A DNA stretch of 64,000 nucleotides from Ascidiella aspersa (Eukaryota), in the NCBI GenBank assembly GCA_963924565.1, contig OZ004607.1:37138001-37202000 (forward strand), given 5' to 3'. The translations under genes and the position numbers were made by a program. This document shows, piece by piece, positions 37,501-52,500 of the stretch. How positions within the stretch are numbered: the stretch's first letter is position 1; every line of letters begins with the position of its first letter. A model generated the notes under the pieces. The model did no database searches. It had not been told where the DNA came from and saw only the letters and a list, made by a program, of their open reading frames with translations.

Positions 37501-40500
37501 TTTAAGTATCCCTGCTAAAAAGCGTATTAGTACTGACGCAACTAGTTGATACAGAAAGAAAACGGTCAAGAGCATAACTGCTAAATGTTTGGCACAAGGG
37601 GCTTAAGTGTTGGCAACACTTATCGGGCGTTGTATTTAAATCGCGCTGTCGAAAGCCAAATTACACGCGCAGCACGCACATTAGTCTCGCTTAAACGTCA
37701 CGAGTCATGGACGCCCTTATAACAACAAACCGCACAAGTCATTCGCAACGCGAGGCATAGATCGTAAAGCAGCGAAGGTTTCAGTTTCCTGCATATTATT
37801 TACAGCTATATTCATTGTTGTAATGAATTGAATTGAGCTATTCATCCAAATTTTTCACAGAAAAACAAATTATGCTGTTTTCTACATATAAATTACACTT
37901 ACAGCAACACTTCATTAATTTGCAAACAAACAAATTTATGTAATTTACGAAGTTTAAAATTTAAACAATAACCAGGTATTCTTAATCGATAGACCCCATT
38001 ATTACAGCACAAAAGATTTATATTGTAACAAAACATAAGGATCCGTCAGCAAGTCAGTCCTGCTTTTCAGTTTTAAAAAATGGTATAAAGTAGGTTTTCA
38101 AGACGCAATGTACCGCATAATTAGTGGTTTGACTTTTATAGAATAGGTATTCACATTGTGTTACTTAGGAAGAGTTGAGTTAAAAAGGATGTTCTTACAC
38201 TTACGCCTAATATTTGGGCCGCCAAAGAAAGGTTGAAAAACACAGCCATAAAACAAAAACAAAAACTTAACTTTAGAGACTTCCGCAAACCGCCCAAAAC
38301 AGTCAAAACCATCGTAAACTTGGGTAAATACAACTACCCCCCCTACACCCCGAAAAAGGGCAACGCCTCGCCTTTGGCTGGCATTTGGCCGTGACAATAT
38401 GTATCGGTGCCAGACGGTGCGGCACGCAACGGAAAGTGTAATGCCGCGTTGGGGCGTGGAACGGCGCCTTGGCCGCAAGCTCTGTTGAAACAGCTGTGCG
38501 GCGGGCGCAGCAAAAACAACAAGCCTTTGCTTTTTACGCAGTATCGGGGACGAACTTGGCTGCGGCTTTTTTTGTGTGCGTAACATATTATATTGGGCGT
38601 TTGACTTCAAGCGCGAGATTCGCTTGGTTTGGCTGAGAGATGGGGAGATGGCGGTAAAGCACGTTATAGCTGATGATTTAGTTAAACCAGGGCTATTTTA
38701 AGCAGACCAAGCGGCATCTTTTTTAATTTTAATGCCATTTTCACCCCTGGTTGGAAAACACGCCGATTTAACCGTTCAAATATCTTCCTACTTCTGTATG
38801 GGCTTTGCTATTCTTACTACGTTAAAAACGATTTACAACGGGTAATTTGTCGAAAAACAACTTCATTTTTGGCTTATCATTCGTATTGCTTCCTATTAAT
38901 TTGTGCAATTCTTGTCTTGTGTGTTTTCTCGTATTTTTTTAAGGATAAATAACACAACACTAAAAATATGAAAACAAACTTACTTACCACGTTAAGGCTG
39001 ATGAAAACAGCTTTGAAACTAATTCGAGTATCAAATGTATACATTATCTAAAAACACAGCTTCTTCGGCAAATATATTTCTTCTCCAACGTTCCGGCAAT
39101 CTATTCAAGTCGCCATAGGTTGCCAAAACGTTGGAAAAGAAACAGCCAGATTAGGTGTGTTTTTTCGATTAATATTTTGCCTGGTAGCACCAGCTGATAT
39201 AAATGTGTACATGTGTCAATATAAGGTTCAAGCGTTCACGTAATAAAGTTTGTGGTTATTGCACAGCTTGATTCGAAAAGCGTCAATTTAAAACTGTAAA
39301 AACATTTTACACGTTACGTATATAACTTTCACCAACATTCTTCGAACCTATTTCCGTCAACCATTTCGAGCATTTAAAAACACTTATTTATAAATCTTAC
39401 CTGTTTGTGCATCTCCACGTTAAGTCCGTACGACATCTCGTAATACTGCGAAAAAAACAACAAACCAAACCGTTAAAACCCTTCCAGGAAAGTAGACAGC
39501 GTGAGCGGTGTTTAAGATAAACTGGAAATGTCACAAAGTTGCTTTTTGAGGCGACCCCGTGTGTAAAAATCCAGCTCATTTCGATGCCAAGCCTTTTCGG
39601 CTACACCTTTGTTTTTTATCGATCCTTAGGCCGATGCAACTTCAAAACAACCGGCTTCCACTATTTTAATATCGCTTACCGATAATATCGGATCGGAGCT
39701 GATACCTGATGCCAAGTGGTGGTATCGGTACTCGTCCAATACTAGCAGCCCATACAAAATTCTTGTAGGAATTCAACTTTGAGATCCAGCGTAGATTTTT
39801 ACCTTGCCAGGCAAGCTTACAACTTTAGGTAACTCAGTTTCATAACGGTAAGGCATATTTGGGCCTGATAACCAGTTAAAAATCACCTTTGTACGTTTCA
39901 ATTTATCGCATTCTGCTTGTTTTGTGCTTTGTATTGGCGTCGTTTGGTCCCGGCTTGGACCGCGGACCGCGGGTGTTATGGTAATGGAATGAAATGTCAC
40001 GTATCGTCCTTTTTTACACTATTTAAGGTAGGTATAGAGCCGATACCCACTTGGAGTATCGATAAACATCCGATACTTGAACCAATCGGCGTTCATCTAA
40101 TACAGAATTACCGTGTAGACTTAATTGCAGCCCAAGGTATCAGGTTTCGGTAACTTAATAAACAACGATCGGACATTTTTGCCATGAGGTGTTCATATAA
40201 TGTTATTTGCATATATGCGCCACGACAAATGTGCATATAATACACAAGAGTGTCACAAACCACACCCGTCTAGTTTAAAGGGGCAAATACAAGCCAGGGC
40301 TGCGCAGTCGGTTAAAAATAACCCGGGTTCTACGCCAGCAAAAATGTGCGTCCGGCTTCGACTTTACAGCCCTGTATTTCTCCCATTTACGCAACTAAAG
40401 TAAGGTGAATATTTGCAATTCTACTCAAAGGGGTGTCATACAACCCACCCACACACAATACATGGTTAAAAAATGTTCACCATGCGCTATTCCGCCGTTA

Positions 40501-43500
40501 CAATTTACAGTTTGCGGCCTTTTAGTACTTCACATGCGCACGTCGGGCTCGGGACTCGGGTATTTTTATGTAGTCTATTCAGCAATCAAAACATAGGGGT
40601 GTCATATAGTTCGTTAATCGTGATAATCAAATAACTCGTCCGCCCATAATACACTATGGAAAATATCCACCATTTGCTATTACACCTTTACAAATTACAG
40701 TTTGCGGCCGTATCAGTTTCAAAATTTGGTGCTTTGCGTGCGCACGTCACACTCGGGACTCGATCCTCTTTATTAAAAGGCCAACGCAGAAAAGGTGGGT
40801 CAGTTCCAATTGGTCTCGCGCATGCAAAGCCAGCAAACCACTTGGCAAGCGTGCCAGTCACTGCCAGCTGTCGGTAGGCAAGCGCCAATGGCCGGCGTTA
40901 CACGGCGTAATGCGCAGCACTCAACAAGCCTATTGAATTACCGCTAAGCAACCGAGCTATGACTTCCCGATTTCCTTTGACGACGCGCCTTGTATGAGCT
41001 CTTTTGGCGGTTTGTGTTGCTGCTCAATGGGCCAGCGCCTTTCTTCTGCAGTCACGTTCATTGGAAACGACTGGTTCGCGGCGCGCACGAAGCTATTAAG
41101 CGCCGTGTCCCGAAATAGTCGCTCGTTATCCCGAAAAAATGACCCAGCTGCCAAGAGTTCAATTTTCTGTCAAGTGTATTGGCCGTGCGGTTGGGCTATT
41201 TCGTTACGCGTCGCCTAGAAGGTAAATTAAAGTCGCTAATCGCCTTTCTCCTTTTGGAAAGCGGGATCACGACGTCTTTTTACGCGAAACTCGTTGAAGT
41301 TAAGAGTGATACAGCGTCACGTCTAATTTAATTCACTAAGCTGATTAAGTTTTCTATTTAAATGAGTCCAAAAAGCCAACACACGAGATAAATTAACGTT
41401 TAAGTGGCTTTTTTACACTTGTAGAAATGTGTCTATATACAAATATACGTGCTGGTACGTCTAATTTGATTCAATAAGCTAATCAAGGTTTTCTATTTAA
41501 AGTAATCGAAAAAGCCGACACACGAGATAAATTAACGTTTAAGTTGGCTTTTGTAAACTTGTAGAAATGTGTCTCAATACAAATATACGTGATGTTACGT
41601 CGTATTTGATGCACTAAGCTGATCAAGGTTTCTATAAAAAGGAATTAAAAAAGCCGAAATACGGGATAACCAACGTTTCAGTCGTCGTATTTAAACTTGT
41701 CGCAAATTTGTCTCTTAACAACAAACATGATCCTATCATTTTAAGTAAAGAACTACGGAATATTCGACCCAATTACTGCTTCAATACATGACTGTAAACC
41801 AGGGGTGGGCAACTTTTTCCAGTCGCGGGCCAAAACCAAACTAAAAAAGGTCTCCGCGGGCCGTTATATGTTAGCTGTGTATACTTTACGCATCTTATTG
41901 TCACCGCAACGTCAGTTAATCAGGGATAAAACTGGGGTGTTTTGCAATTTACACTCGATGGAGGAACAAGATTAACGCAAAGCGCAAAAAAATATTTGCT
42001 TTTTCGTAGATGAAATAGCTAGAAAATATGAGATATCGCTCCGTGCCCAGTTTGTAAAATAGTTCGCGGGCCGGATAATTTGCGTTGGCGGGCCGGATCT
42101 GGCCCGCGGGCCGTAAGTTGCCCACCCCTGCTGTAAACGCTAAAAAAACGATTTCTCTAAGAGAAGAGTTTGGCGCGCGATGTTGATGAGCGGCGATTTC
42201 TTAATTACGTCTGCTCAACGACCGAATACTAACTTGGAATTCGGCCGGGGTTTTCGCCGGATAATCAATTAGCGACCCGCCAAGTAATCCAAGTCATGCG
42301 AGACGAAATCAATTTAATCAATAAAGTCCCCGAACTGGCTGCTGTGGTATGATTACAGCAGAATGCTTCCAACGCGCTAAGGCTGTAAAAGTGTGAAGCG
42401 AAAACAAATTGAAAAAAATACCCTGAGATTTGTGTTCATAGTTTTAGCTTGAAATTGGCCGAAAAGTATATAATTAACCTGCATGTTAATGTTTTTGGTT
42501 ACTTAATTGGTTTGCTTGAATTTACATTTCTTTGTTTTTTAATCGCGTACATGCAATACACTTGCAATAACCTTCCAATTGTACAAACTTGAAAATTTGA
42601 ATGTAAAACAAAATGTTTATTCGAGTTTCTTAAGCAAAGGTCACTTTTTTATTTTCCAAGAAATGAATAAAATCAACCAGGCCTAAATTTGGGTGAGAAC
42701 AACTGGTTTAAAGGCATTCTTGTAATACACCGGACACACCTACATGAGCTTTACAAGTAAAAAAATAAACACAAGGTCGCTTTTCGAACATCGTGCGTTT
42801 CACACAACGGTATAGCCGCAAGGATTTTTAACGAACAGCCGTTTTGGGAATCCTTGCAAACAGCAGGCAGTGTCACTGATTGGCTGCACAGTCGAGACTA
42901 CCGCAGCGTGTAATTGTAACCACAACGGGCTTGCATTGATTCCCAGGCTCCCAGTGCAATGACGCTTGGTGTAAGTGAGAAATTGATGGGCAAAAATGTT
43001 GACACAAAAGCGTTTTGATGTTGCAGAAGAACATTTTTTACGCAAACGGGTGATTTATGACGAAATCACGAACAGCGCGTTTTTTTTCAGGTCCCAAATT
43101 GGCTGAAAATGTGGAACAGAAAAGCCTTAATGCTCCAAGTAATTTTGTAGGGGTTCTACCGTAAAGGCTACTCAGTCCAAGTATGTTAAAGAGGTTGTTT
43201 GCCAACTTAAAACATATATGAAAAGTTATGTAGGTATTATAGTGATAACATATACCTGTCTATCACAAAGTAATACTTTCAAAATAAAAGTTGTTTAAAA
43301 ATATTGAACCTAAAAGCTTTAAGTAATGCGAATAATTGCAATTGTACTGTAAACACTGTTAAAACACTGCATTTAATGCATTAATTTAAGTTCTACAACT
43401 TACAATTACATTATCCAATCATTGCAATTGCCTTGATACCAATCAGTAGCAAAGGGTGCAAAAGTAAATGTAACCAAGTAGGAAAGGGCCTAGCAAGCCC

Positions 43501-46500
43501 CAAATGGCTAAGAAGCACCACTGTGTTAAATAGATGCATAGGGACCCTGCTAAGACGAACAGGGAGGGAAAGAGACAATCGTGGGCCGAATCAGGAAGGA
43601 AGTCATACATCAATATCGCTTCGGTCCCGCAACCGCCAGCTAGGACGCCACTGGCTTATGCTCGATGATTGGTATACTAAGGGGCGTTGCTAGTGGGAAT
43701 TTTTCGACGCCCTGCTCAATGATAATGGTGATTCGTAAAGAAAAGCGCGCCCATTTTGAATAGCCTTTTGAATTGATTGGGAAAATCCCCTGTGTGTTGA
43801 AAAAAATGAGTGAACACAAGAACTGCTGCAACTCTACCAGTGTTGTAATGACTTAAGTCAATGTTTTGACTCAAGTGCACTTCTCAGTTACTGTTTTTAA
43901 GACTTTGTTTAAGTCTTACGGGTAAAATAACTTGACTTGACTTGAGTCTTTCGGAAATATGGATTAAAAAAAATATGATTTCATTTGGAATTTTTTTTAT
44001 AAAACTGGTTTATTTGTCTTGACGGCATTTTTATAATTAAGAATCATGAATAAAGAACACTATAGCAAGGCATAGTGATTTGCAATTGAAACAACATTGT
44101 AAAGTTATTTAAACATTATGAAATCTACTAATTTTTGACCCAATGATAGCATTTCGCATATGTGTCAAAAGTACACGCATTAAATTGTAAAACTTAGGGA
44201 AGTTACGACGTGTTAAGAACCACAGCTTATGCCAAGTGCCTTGACAAGGATCGCATAATAAAAACACTAGTCGGTTGAACTTGATACGACACCCGTCGCA
44301 ATCCTATTTATAACAGCTGTGTCGCAATCAACGAACGCTATACGGAGTCTATACGTAAATCGAAGAGGGCATGTGCGCTTCATTTGGCAATGTATCGTCG
44401 ACCTTGTGAACTATCATGCTTCACAGATTGTCTAAATGGCATTAAATTGGTGGAACGCGCAGCAATTAAACGAGCACGCTCCTCTTAAACAGCAGCCGTG
44501 TTAAATCACCCGTCACTGCTGCACTTTTGAACTGCTGTACGGTTTGACCTGCATTTGAGGTTGCCCCAGGTCGAGCGCTAACGATCGCATTTAACACGAC
44601 GTTGTGACGTAATTGCGTGACGCACTTACCATGACGTATTGACGCTGCATTTCGGTTTTCTCGGTGGCCAGCTTTTCGCATTCCATCTTCAAGCTGAAAA
44701 ATAACAGAGACACGTTTAAGATGACCAATTGTAAGCACGTACAGCTGATGTTTTGTTGGAAGAGGCTATTCACGCGGACAACAAAGTAGTTCACATCGAT
44801 ATATAACAGGGATGGCGAACGACTGACCCGCGGGTCACAAAGTGACCCACCACAGATTTTTAATGACCCACTTGCCTCTCTAGAAATATCGAAATGTTGT
44901 CAATGTAAAAAATCGAAAATGTGTGCAGAACAACCAAAAATCATTTTGTTTATCGCTGTAAAACGTAGGTGGCGATAATTTTAGGGAAATTAAGAGTTTG
45001 CAGCCTAAAAATTCTGAAAATCCTGGTTAAACCATACTAAAAGCTGTGTGCTGAACTCCTGTAATACCATAAAAATGCTGCAGCATTTGTTAACTATTTA
45101 GTTTCTTAACTTTCGTGGGAATCCGAATTTAGAAATCTCCCAAAAACCTTGAATTACCAACCCAAGACAAATACACTTACAACGACGCAGCAGCAAAGCT
45201 TCGCATAAAATTCGCATATCTTACAATATATGACCCACTTGTGCATTTAGCAAGGATTGCGAATGCGTTTGTGACCCGCGCGATCCTGATATATAATCAT
45301 TAACGGGTGCAACGTAAAGGAGCGACCGGGTCCAATAGATTAAAAACCTACAGGCACTTCATGAGGTTATTTACCCGGCTAATAAAATAATTCAAATGGA
45401 TTTCCAAAAATATCCTTGGAATAGTGCAAAAATCGGAAAATTTAATCGAATGCTAGACAAACACCACTAAAACCCAAACGCTAACACCAATATTATTTTG
45501 TATATCGGTTTACGTTATTTTCGTTTCACTTAAAGAACAGTGGCCAAAGTAGGCCGGAATGATTTTGCATGTGCGCCGAACAGGTAAGAATGATCTTGTT
45601 TTAAAACAACCACGCGCTCCTGTAGAAAACCATTTTATCGATACGATGAGAATTGTGTAAATTTCACCGCTGTTTAAAACCAGATTTTAGTGTGGTGGCT
45701 GCGTTATTATACAATGTTGATTTCATTATATGTACTCCTAAATCCCGAATGATGAATAAATATTCGTTCAACAATCAACAAACCGATTGAGATAGTTACT
45801 CCTACGGGAGTACACAGTATTATAATAATGCTACAAAGTCGATATTGTTGGTTAGGAAGTGCGACTTCTAAGTTCTTACATCAATGAACTCAGTAGCAAT
45901 ATGCACATGTGTTCACAAATGTAATGCAGCATTTGTTTTAGTTTTTAACGGAGCTTTAGCATCCGTATTATACATTTAATAGGTCACCAACATTAACAGC
46001 AGTACCAAAGTTGTACAAGATGGCAGTAAAATATTTGCCAGAATACTGTTTGTCATATAGAAAACTACAATTATTTAATGAAATAAAAAAAATAATTATA
46101 ACCTTTCTAATATAAAATAAGAAAATAAAAATAAATATTTCGTACACTGTAATTTCCTAATTAAAGTGTAGCGCATAAACAACAGTACAAAACTCGTGGT
46201 CCTTGGTAGCACAAAATTCCCTCTTTTCAATGGGTTATACACAGCAGGTGTCCTTTGTCATTAGGAGACTACTCGTGGAATGATGGGGCAATTGGGTGCA
46301 AGAGCCACTCAAATCGAAAAATTCCAAATCCCCAAATCCCGGGGTAAATATTGAAACGCGACCCGCCTATACATAGGACCCGGGCAGCGTCAAAAGTCGC
46401 CCGGGTTTGCTTGTTGTAAGGTAAAAGGTTTGTGATCCACGCAAACATCAGACCTTTTCAGTTCCTCTGATTGCAAACGCAACACGGGACGCGACGGTTC

Positions 46501-49500
46501 GGTCGTTTGGGCCGTTGGGTGGTAATGGTAACCCGTGTTAACCGCCGTTAGCTTTATTTAGAGTGTTGTAAACAACTCGTTTTGAAGTTACTTAAGCCCC
46601 AGTCAAGTTATTTGTGAAATAAATTAGGGCCAAGTGAAAACTTTTCAAACCATAACAAGTAAAGTCATTATTAGAGCAAGTCAACTCTTAATCAAATCAC
46701 TAATATAAAAATGATACAATAAACATTAAAATTTATAAACTTGTCCGATATGAGCAATAATTCAATTAAAAAATAACAAAAACACACGTAGCAGTCTGAT
46801 CGTTTTACGGGCAACAATTGAGATGAATAGCTCGACTTTATAATAATAACATGTAAAATAAAAACATTTAATTTCAAACCAAGTTATTTGACTCAATGAC
46901 CTAAGTCTAATTCAAGTTATTTGTCAAAAAGACTTAAGTCCAAGTCAAGTCATTTGTCCAAAGACTTAAGTCAAGTCAAGTCATTTTGAAAACAGTGATT
47001 TAAGTGCACTTAATTCAAGGCATTTTTTATCAAATTAAGTTCACTGTTTAGTTGTTGCCAAGAATGCAGCTCAATTTGAGGATAAACAACAACAAATATG
47101 GAATCCAGTTGAACCTTAGGGTATAAAGCTTACAAGTTCAACTGAGCATACAAACCAGTAAACCAAAAAGGTACTACCGGCTGAAAAAAATCAAACAGGG
47201 TCTCTTTTTCAAGGTAAGCTAATATGCTTAAAAGGTAGTAAAACGTGTTAAAACAGGAGGTTGGGAAAATACTTGAAATGTTCTAGTAAACAGGCCCAAT
47301 GAGGCGCGATCGCACAACAGGACGTGCGTCTTTCAGCGGCCAAAGTTTTACCAACAGCTCATGGCGAAAATCGTGCCTTCGGTAAACAGGCTTAAGCAGC
47401 GGAAAACTGTCGAAGCGTGATTAATGCTCTCGATTTGGTGATTTTGGTGAATAACACGTTGGGAGGTTGCGCATTTTGCGCACACAGATGCAGCACTGTT
47501 GCGAACTTGCACGAAATGCGAGCTTTTGTGAGGATACTAGATTATGAATAGCATTCCGTGTGATAATCCTCACGCACGAACATTGCAGCTGTAATTTGCA
47601 TATTGACGCTTCGTCCTTTTGCTGAATTTGCGCCAATGCCTTCATGGAACAATGAAACTTGTCCACAATACCACCAAGGGGCCTATGGACCCCAGTTTAA
47701 GTAGTGACAGTATATAAATGAGTAAGCAGCTTAAAAAATCTTCTAGTAGGGGTGCTGTAGTTATTTAGCATTTCTTTGGGATGCCGTTAGCAATAAAAGG
47801 TCGGACACCACTGCGTTAACCGTTCATTCGTATCTAGTTGTTTAGAACGTCAGTGATTTTTCTTACGACCAACTTGAATTGGTAACTGGTTACCTGGCAA
47901 CTAACTGGTTACCTGGCAACCTGCGCGCGCCGCAGTTGCCAAGTTGATGTCCACGCTTGACCGCCTTTTGATTACGCGCACCTTTTAACGAACCCTTAAA
48001 CCGCAGTTTGTGCTTTAAATTTTGGCCCGCTACCATTACACGCACCTAATAGGTCTGCCAACTTGGTTCAAGGCCAAAGCTGTTGTTTGCCACGCTATTG
48101 CGCGCCATACCCCTGTGCTGATGTAGGTAAGTGCTAGGGCGGACTGGGATGGTTTTGCAGCTGTACAAACAACTGTAGCTCTTTACCGATTCTTGAAATA
48201 TGCACGCGGTCGCGAAAATGACTCCTGCCTTCAAGGTTTTGCGTGATTTTTGCGTCTTGCTATCAGCCTTATAAAGCTTATAAACCTGTCGTGGTATGTC
48301 AGTTTAAAACCACCCTCCTTAAAGATATTGAAAAATTCAAAAAAGGCACATCATTTTAAACGAAAATTTTAACGATCTTGAACCCCAACATAAGAGAAAC
48401 TCGGTATTAAAATAAAAAAGTTTAATTGATTTAAAACGTTTACAAATAAAGTAAAATATAAACGATGATAAGTTTATGGAATCTAACAGAATTGCACGTA
48501 ATCCAGTAAAAAAACGTCAAAACGCTTATGCTATGTTGCCACCAAACCTTAATATTTTACGCAAAATATTCGTTATTACGACTTCCTTGAGTAAACTCTA
48601 CCGTTTTGGTCAACGAAAAAAAGCAGAAAAGAAAGCAAAAAGAAAAGAAGAAAAAGAAAGAACAAAATATTTAAACAATAATCTACCGGAACTTATTTTT
48701 ACCTGTGAGTGTGAGCAGTCAGGTAGTTGTACTCCTCCTTAATACGATCCAATAACTCCAGTATGCTGCTTTTGTAGGGCTGACCCGTTCCTGGGCCCTG
48801 CAAACAAAATCATAGGTTAGCGGGACGGCCTGGACATCTTCATGTCTTCGGCTTTTTAAATTGTTGCCGGGTTAATACTAGAGCTCCCAAGTTATTAAAA
48901 AAAGAGTTCGCGAAAACCATATTGAAAATTAAAACCCCATTTAAATTAACATTATAGGTAAATCAAGTTCAGTCTACAATTACTTATTAAATAATTAAAA
49001 AAAATTATCATGAAAATTTGAACGTAAAAGTGTCTTAGGCAAAAATCGTCAATGGTCTGTAGAAATCGCCGTTATAACTGAAAACTAGTGTTGTAAGAAA
49101 AAAAAACGTTAAGCATAGGTACGTTTTTTAATTTTGAAATTAGGCCAGAACTAATAGAGCAAAGCCACACCGATCAATCACAAATTCAAATGGAAGCACC
49201 GTCATTTTGCTATAATTCGTCAAGTTAATCAGCTAAAGTATTATTAAGTGGTACCAGTCAATTTGCCAAATACTCCACATTGAAGCCACGGCATGTGGGT
49301 TTTGAAAATATATGCGGATTGCGGAGTAAAGGAGACACAGTACTGCAGAGTAAGCGGGCTAGGAAACACAATAGACGCCTACTGGTCTCTACAGGGAAGG
49401 AAGTTAGCCTACTGTGTGTCCTTGTGGTGTGCAGGTGTCTCTAAACAATTCCGGCTATAGCGACAGTAACGCACAATTGCTCACGCTATTTTGGTGTGTA

Positions 49501-52500
49501 CGTGGAAGATTCTAAAGCGAATGTGTGAGTGGATGTTTATTTTTAACTTTGAATTTAATTGAATCTGCGGTGAGTTTCGAACTTATACACGCAAATTAAA
49601 GCTAAACTTTCCCAATCAATTGGTATTCGATCGGCATGGATACCAACCACCCTAGTATCGGACGAGTACCCATACACCACGCTCCGATTCAATATTATCA
49701 GACAACCCTACATACAACCTAGGCCATAGAGATACTTAGAGAGCAATGTAAGTCAATAGGGAACGCAAAGTAAAGTTGAAATATGATGCGGTTAGTTTTA
49801 AGCTTTATCGATTGCGATTCCCCGCACCGCATGCCTCGACAGAGCTTGATTTCTTGTGATTTGGCGAGATGGGAAAGTGGTTATTGATTGTAGCAATCAG
49901 GCTTCGACTGTCGATATTGGCTGCTTTCAAAACGTGACTGCGTCGTTTTAAAAATTAATCGACAACCGGCAGCCGGATATTTGCATTTTACTCCGATGTT
50001 CTGCGTCTCTTGGCACTACAACAGATTTCGCTGTAAATTATCTTGGTGGCGTTTTATGTGAACCTAATAAGCCTGAGAAGAAATCCCAAGGCTTTGTATT
50101 TACAATTTGTTGTAGCTTTAACCAACAAGATGACAAAAAGAAGTACATGGTCATTAGGGGTGTCAAATTTTTTTGGATCGGAGCCGATAACCGATGCCAA
50201 GTTGTAGTATCGGTACTCGTCCGATACTAAGGGCATCACTCAGTTTGAAATCATATCTTTGGCCGTTTAATAGCATATGTGACATATAAATGTAAAATGT
50301 ATATGATAAACTAATTATCTACGTCCAAATTCAACTTATCATATAATTTATAATAAGAAGGGAAGTGTTCAGCAAAAAAAGCAGTCGCCAAAAAAAAACA
50401 GCAAGCTGGTAAACTCAAGCACTGGTTTGCCTGGCGACTTGGTGTATACTTATAGTTAAAAATTACCGCAGCGCGGCCAACGAGTGTTTTTAATTGGGGC
50501 GGCAGCCTCTGCAAACTATAACCGGCTTTTTCGAGAGCCGTGCTATCGGCTTATTATCGCCTCCTAATTCTTCCGCGCACCGAAAGCCTATTGACCGCCG
50601 ACAAACACCCAAAGAGCGTTTGCTGACTACTTACAACACACACAAGCGAAAATCGGCGAGTGTAACGACACCACGGCCTTCGATTGAACACGACGGCCCA
50701 CTAAATTCTGTAATACACTGGCGTCGTTAAAAAGCTATTTCAAGTTGGCATACCATTGTATGGGGTTTATGGTTTGTTTAACCTTGATTTATCACTTATT
50801 TTTATTCCCCAGTAAAATGGTGCAAGTCTAGTTTCGTTAAGATAACACAATAGCAGTGACTATTATGTAGTAATCGTTACTACAAGGCTCAATTGGGAAA
50901 ACAGCATTTGGACTTATTAAGCGTTTAAATTTTTTTTTAGGCTATGATAGATATTTAGATATCATAGCCTTGAAATTAGGGCTGATTTGAATCAAGAGTT
51001 GACGTTGTACTTTTGCTTGGCAGATTAAAACCATTTTAAGCGGTGATTTTTAGACTGAAATGATAGGTTGAAAGTTTGGCCAGCGTTTTGCACTTTTCTG
51101 ACTTTACCAAAATAGTTTTATTAACTTTGTCATGTAGAAACCGGTGAAATTACCAAACTAGCATAGAAAAACAAACTAGTTTAGACTAACAAACTCAATA
51201 ACGCTGCATTATGGCTAAACAGCCGGTGGAAAAACGTGTTTAAAAGTATTCAAAGTGAAACGCCTTAAATGATGAAGACACGCCAGCATGTTGGCCTCCG
51301 GACTCACTCTCGGAGAAGTGAGAAAGGAGCAAAGGGCAAAAATGAGGAGGAGAAGAAAAAAGGTGCTCGGCTGTGGAGTGCCGCCACTTATGGGAAGCCA
51401 CTTGATATGAAGGACTTAGTCGTCGAGCGTGGCATGGAAATGGGCTCCGGCGCCTGTTTGTTAACGTTTCGTGTCACCACTCGGCAAACATTAACCCGCG
51501 CACAGCCGGGAAGCGCAATGTCAACAAGCCAGAGTCAACAGGGGCTTGTTGGACGCTGGGGGTGGGGTGGTATGTGTGTAAGGATATACACAGTCGTTGA
51601 AAATGTATGGAGATTTGTTCGAAAGGTTTAAAACATGAGGACCTAAGGGTACAGTTGGTTAAAAAATAAGGCTTTAATATTCATTCTGCGTCTAACTCGA
51701 CCTCCAGCTATTATCTTAAATGCATTTAAAACGTTTACAAAATGCTACCTACTTCTGTATGGGCAATGATATTCATATTCATTCTACGTCTAACTACAAC
51801 CTCCAGTCATTATCTTCAGATTTATTTGTAATATTCACAAAATGCAACTTCTGTACGGGCTTTAGTATTCATTCTACGTCCAACAGTAATAAGAAGCGGC
51901 TCAAAAAAACATGGTTCTCTAAAATTTACAAGCCAAGACGTTATAAAAACACTTAAAAACAGTTGAGAAACTATTTATTGCTATAATATATTTATAGTAG
52001 AACTATGAAACACCTTGTATTGTTCAAGTTAACGTGCGCAAATGCTACTCTTAAGATTCACCAAAAAAATGGACAGCACATAAACATCGAAAGCACAAAA
52101 AATACCATGTAAACTAGGCAAATTGTTCGTTTTGTGGTCGTGTTTATCCTAATTTCACAAATTCACTTTATGTCTGAATAGAGCCTATACTTTGATAAAG
52201 TATGACTTAACATCGGATCAAATGGCAAATTGATTGGTTCATATCCGCCATGGTTTCTCATGTAACTCAACGTGTTCTTTATTGAACAGTATTTTGTTTA
52301 CAAAACGTCAAAGGTAAGCTAGCATTCCTGAGCTACAAAAAATTAGATTTAAAATATGCTTATTTGATCAAAACAATGACGTCATACAGTATTACGTAAT
52401 AAGAATATCAAAGCCCATACAGAAGTAGGTATCATTTCGAACGTTTCGAATAACTCTTTAACTCTCAGAGTTATTCGAAACGTTCCAAATACAACCTATT

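Noticed and set aside
38998-39035. CTGATGA...GAAAC...GTA as a plus-strand hammerhead
   Set aside because: Stem II is only three A-U pairs and stem I does not pair; probably chance.
44200-44350. Possible decayed tRNA-derived SINE (AAGTGCCTTGACAAGGA core)
   Set aside because: A and B boxes are not convincingly recognisable and there is no second copy in the window.
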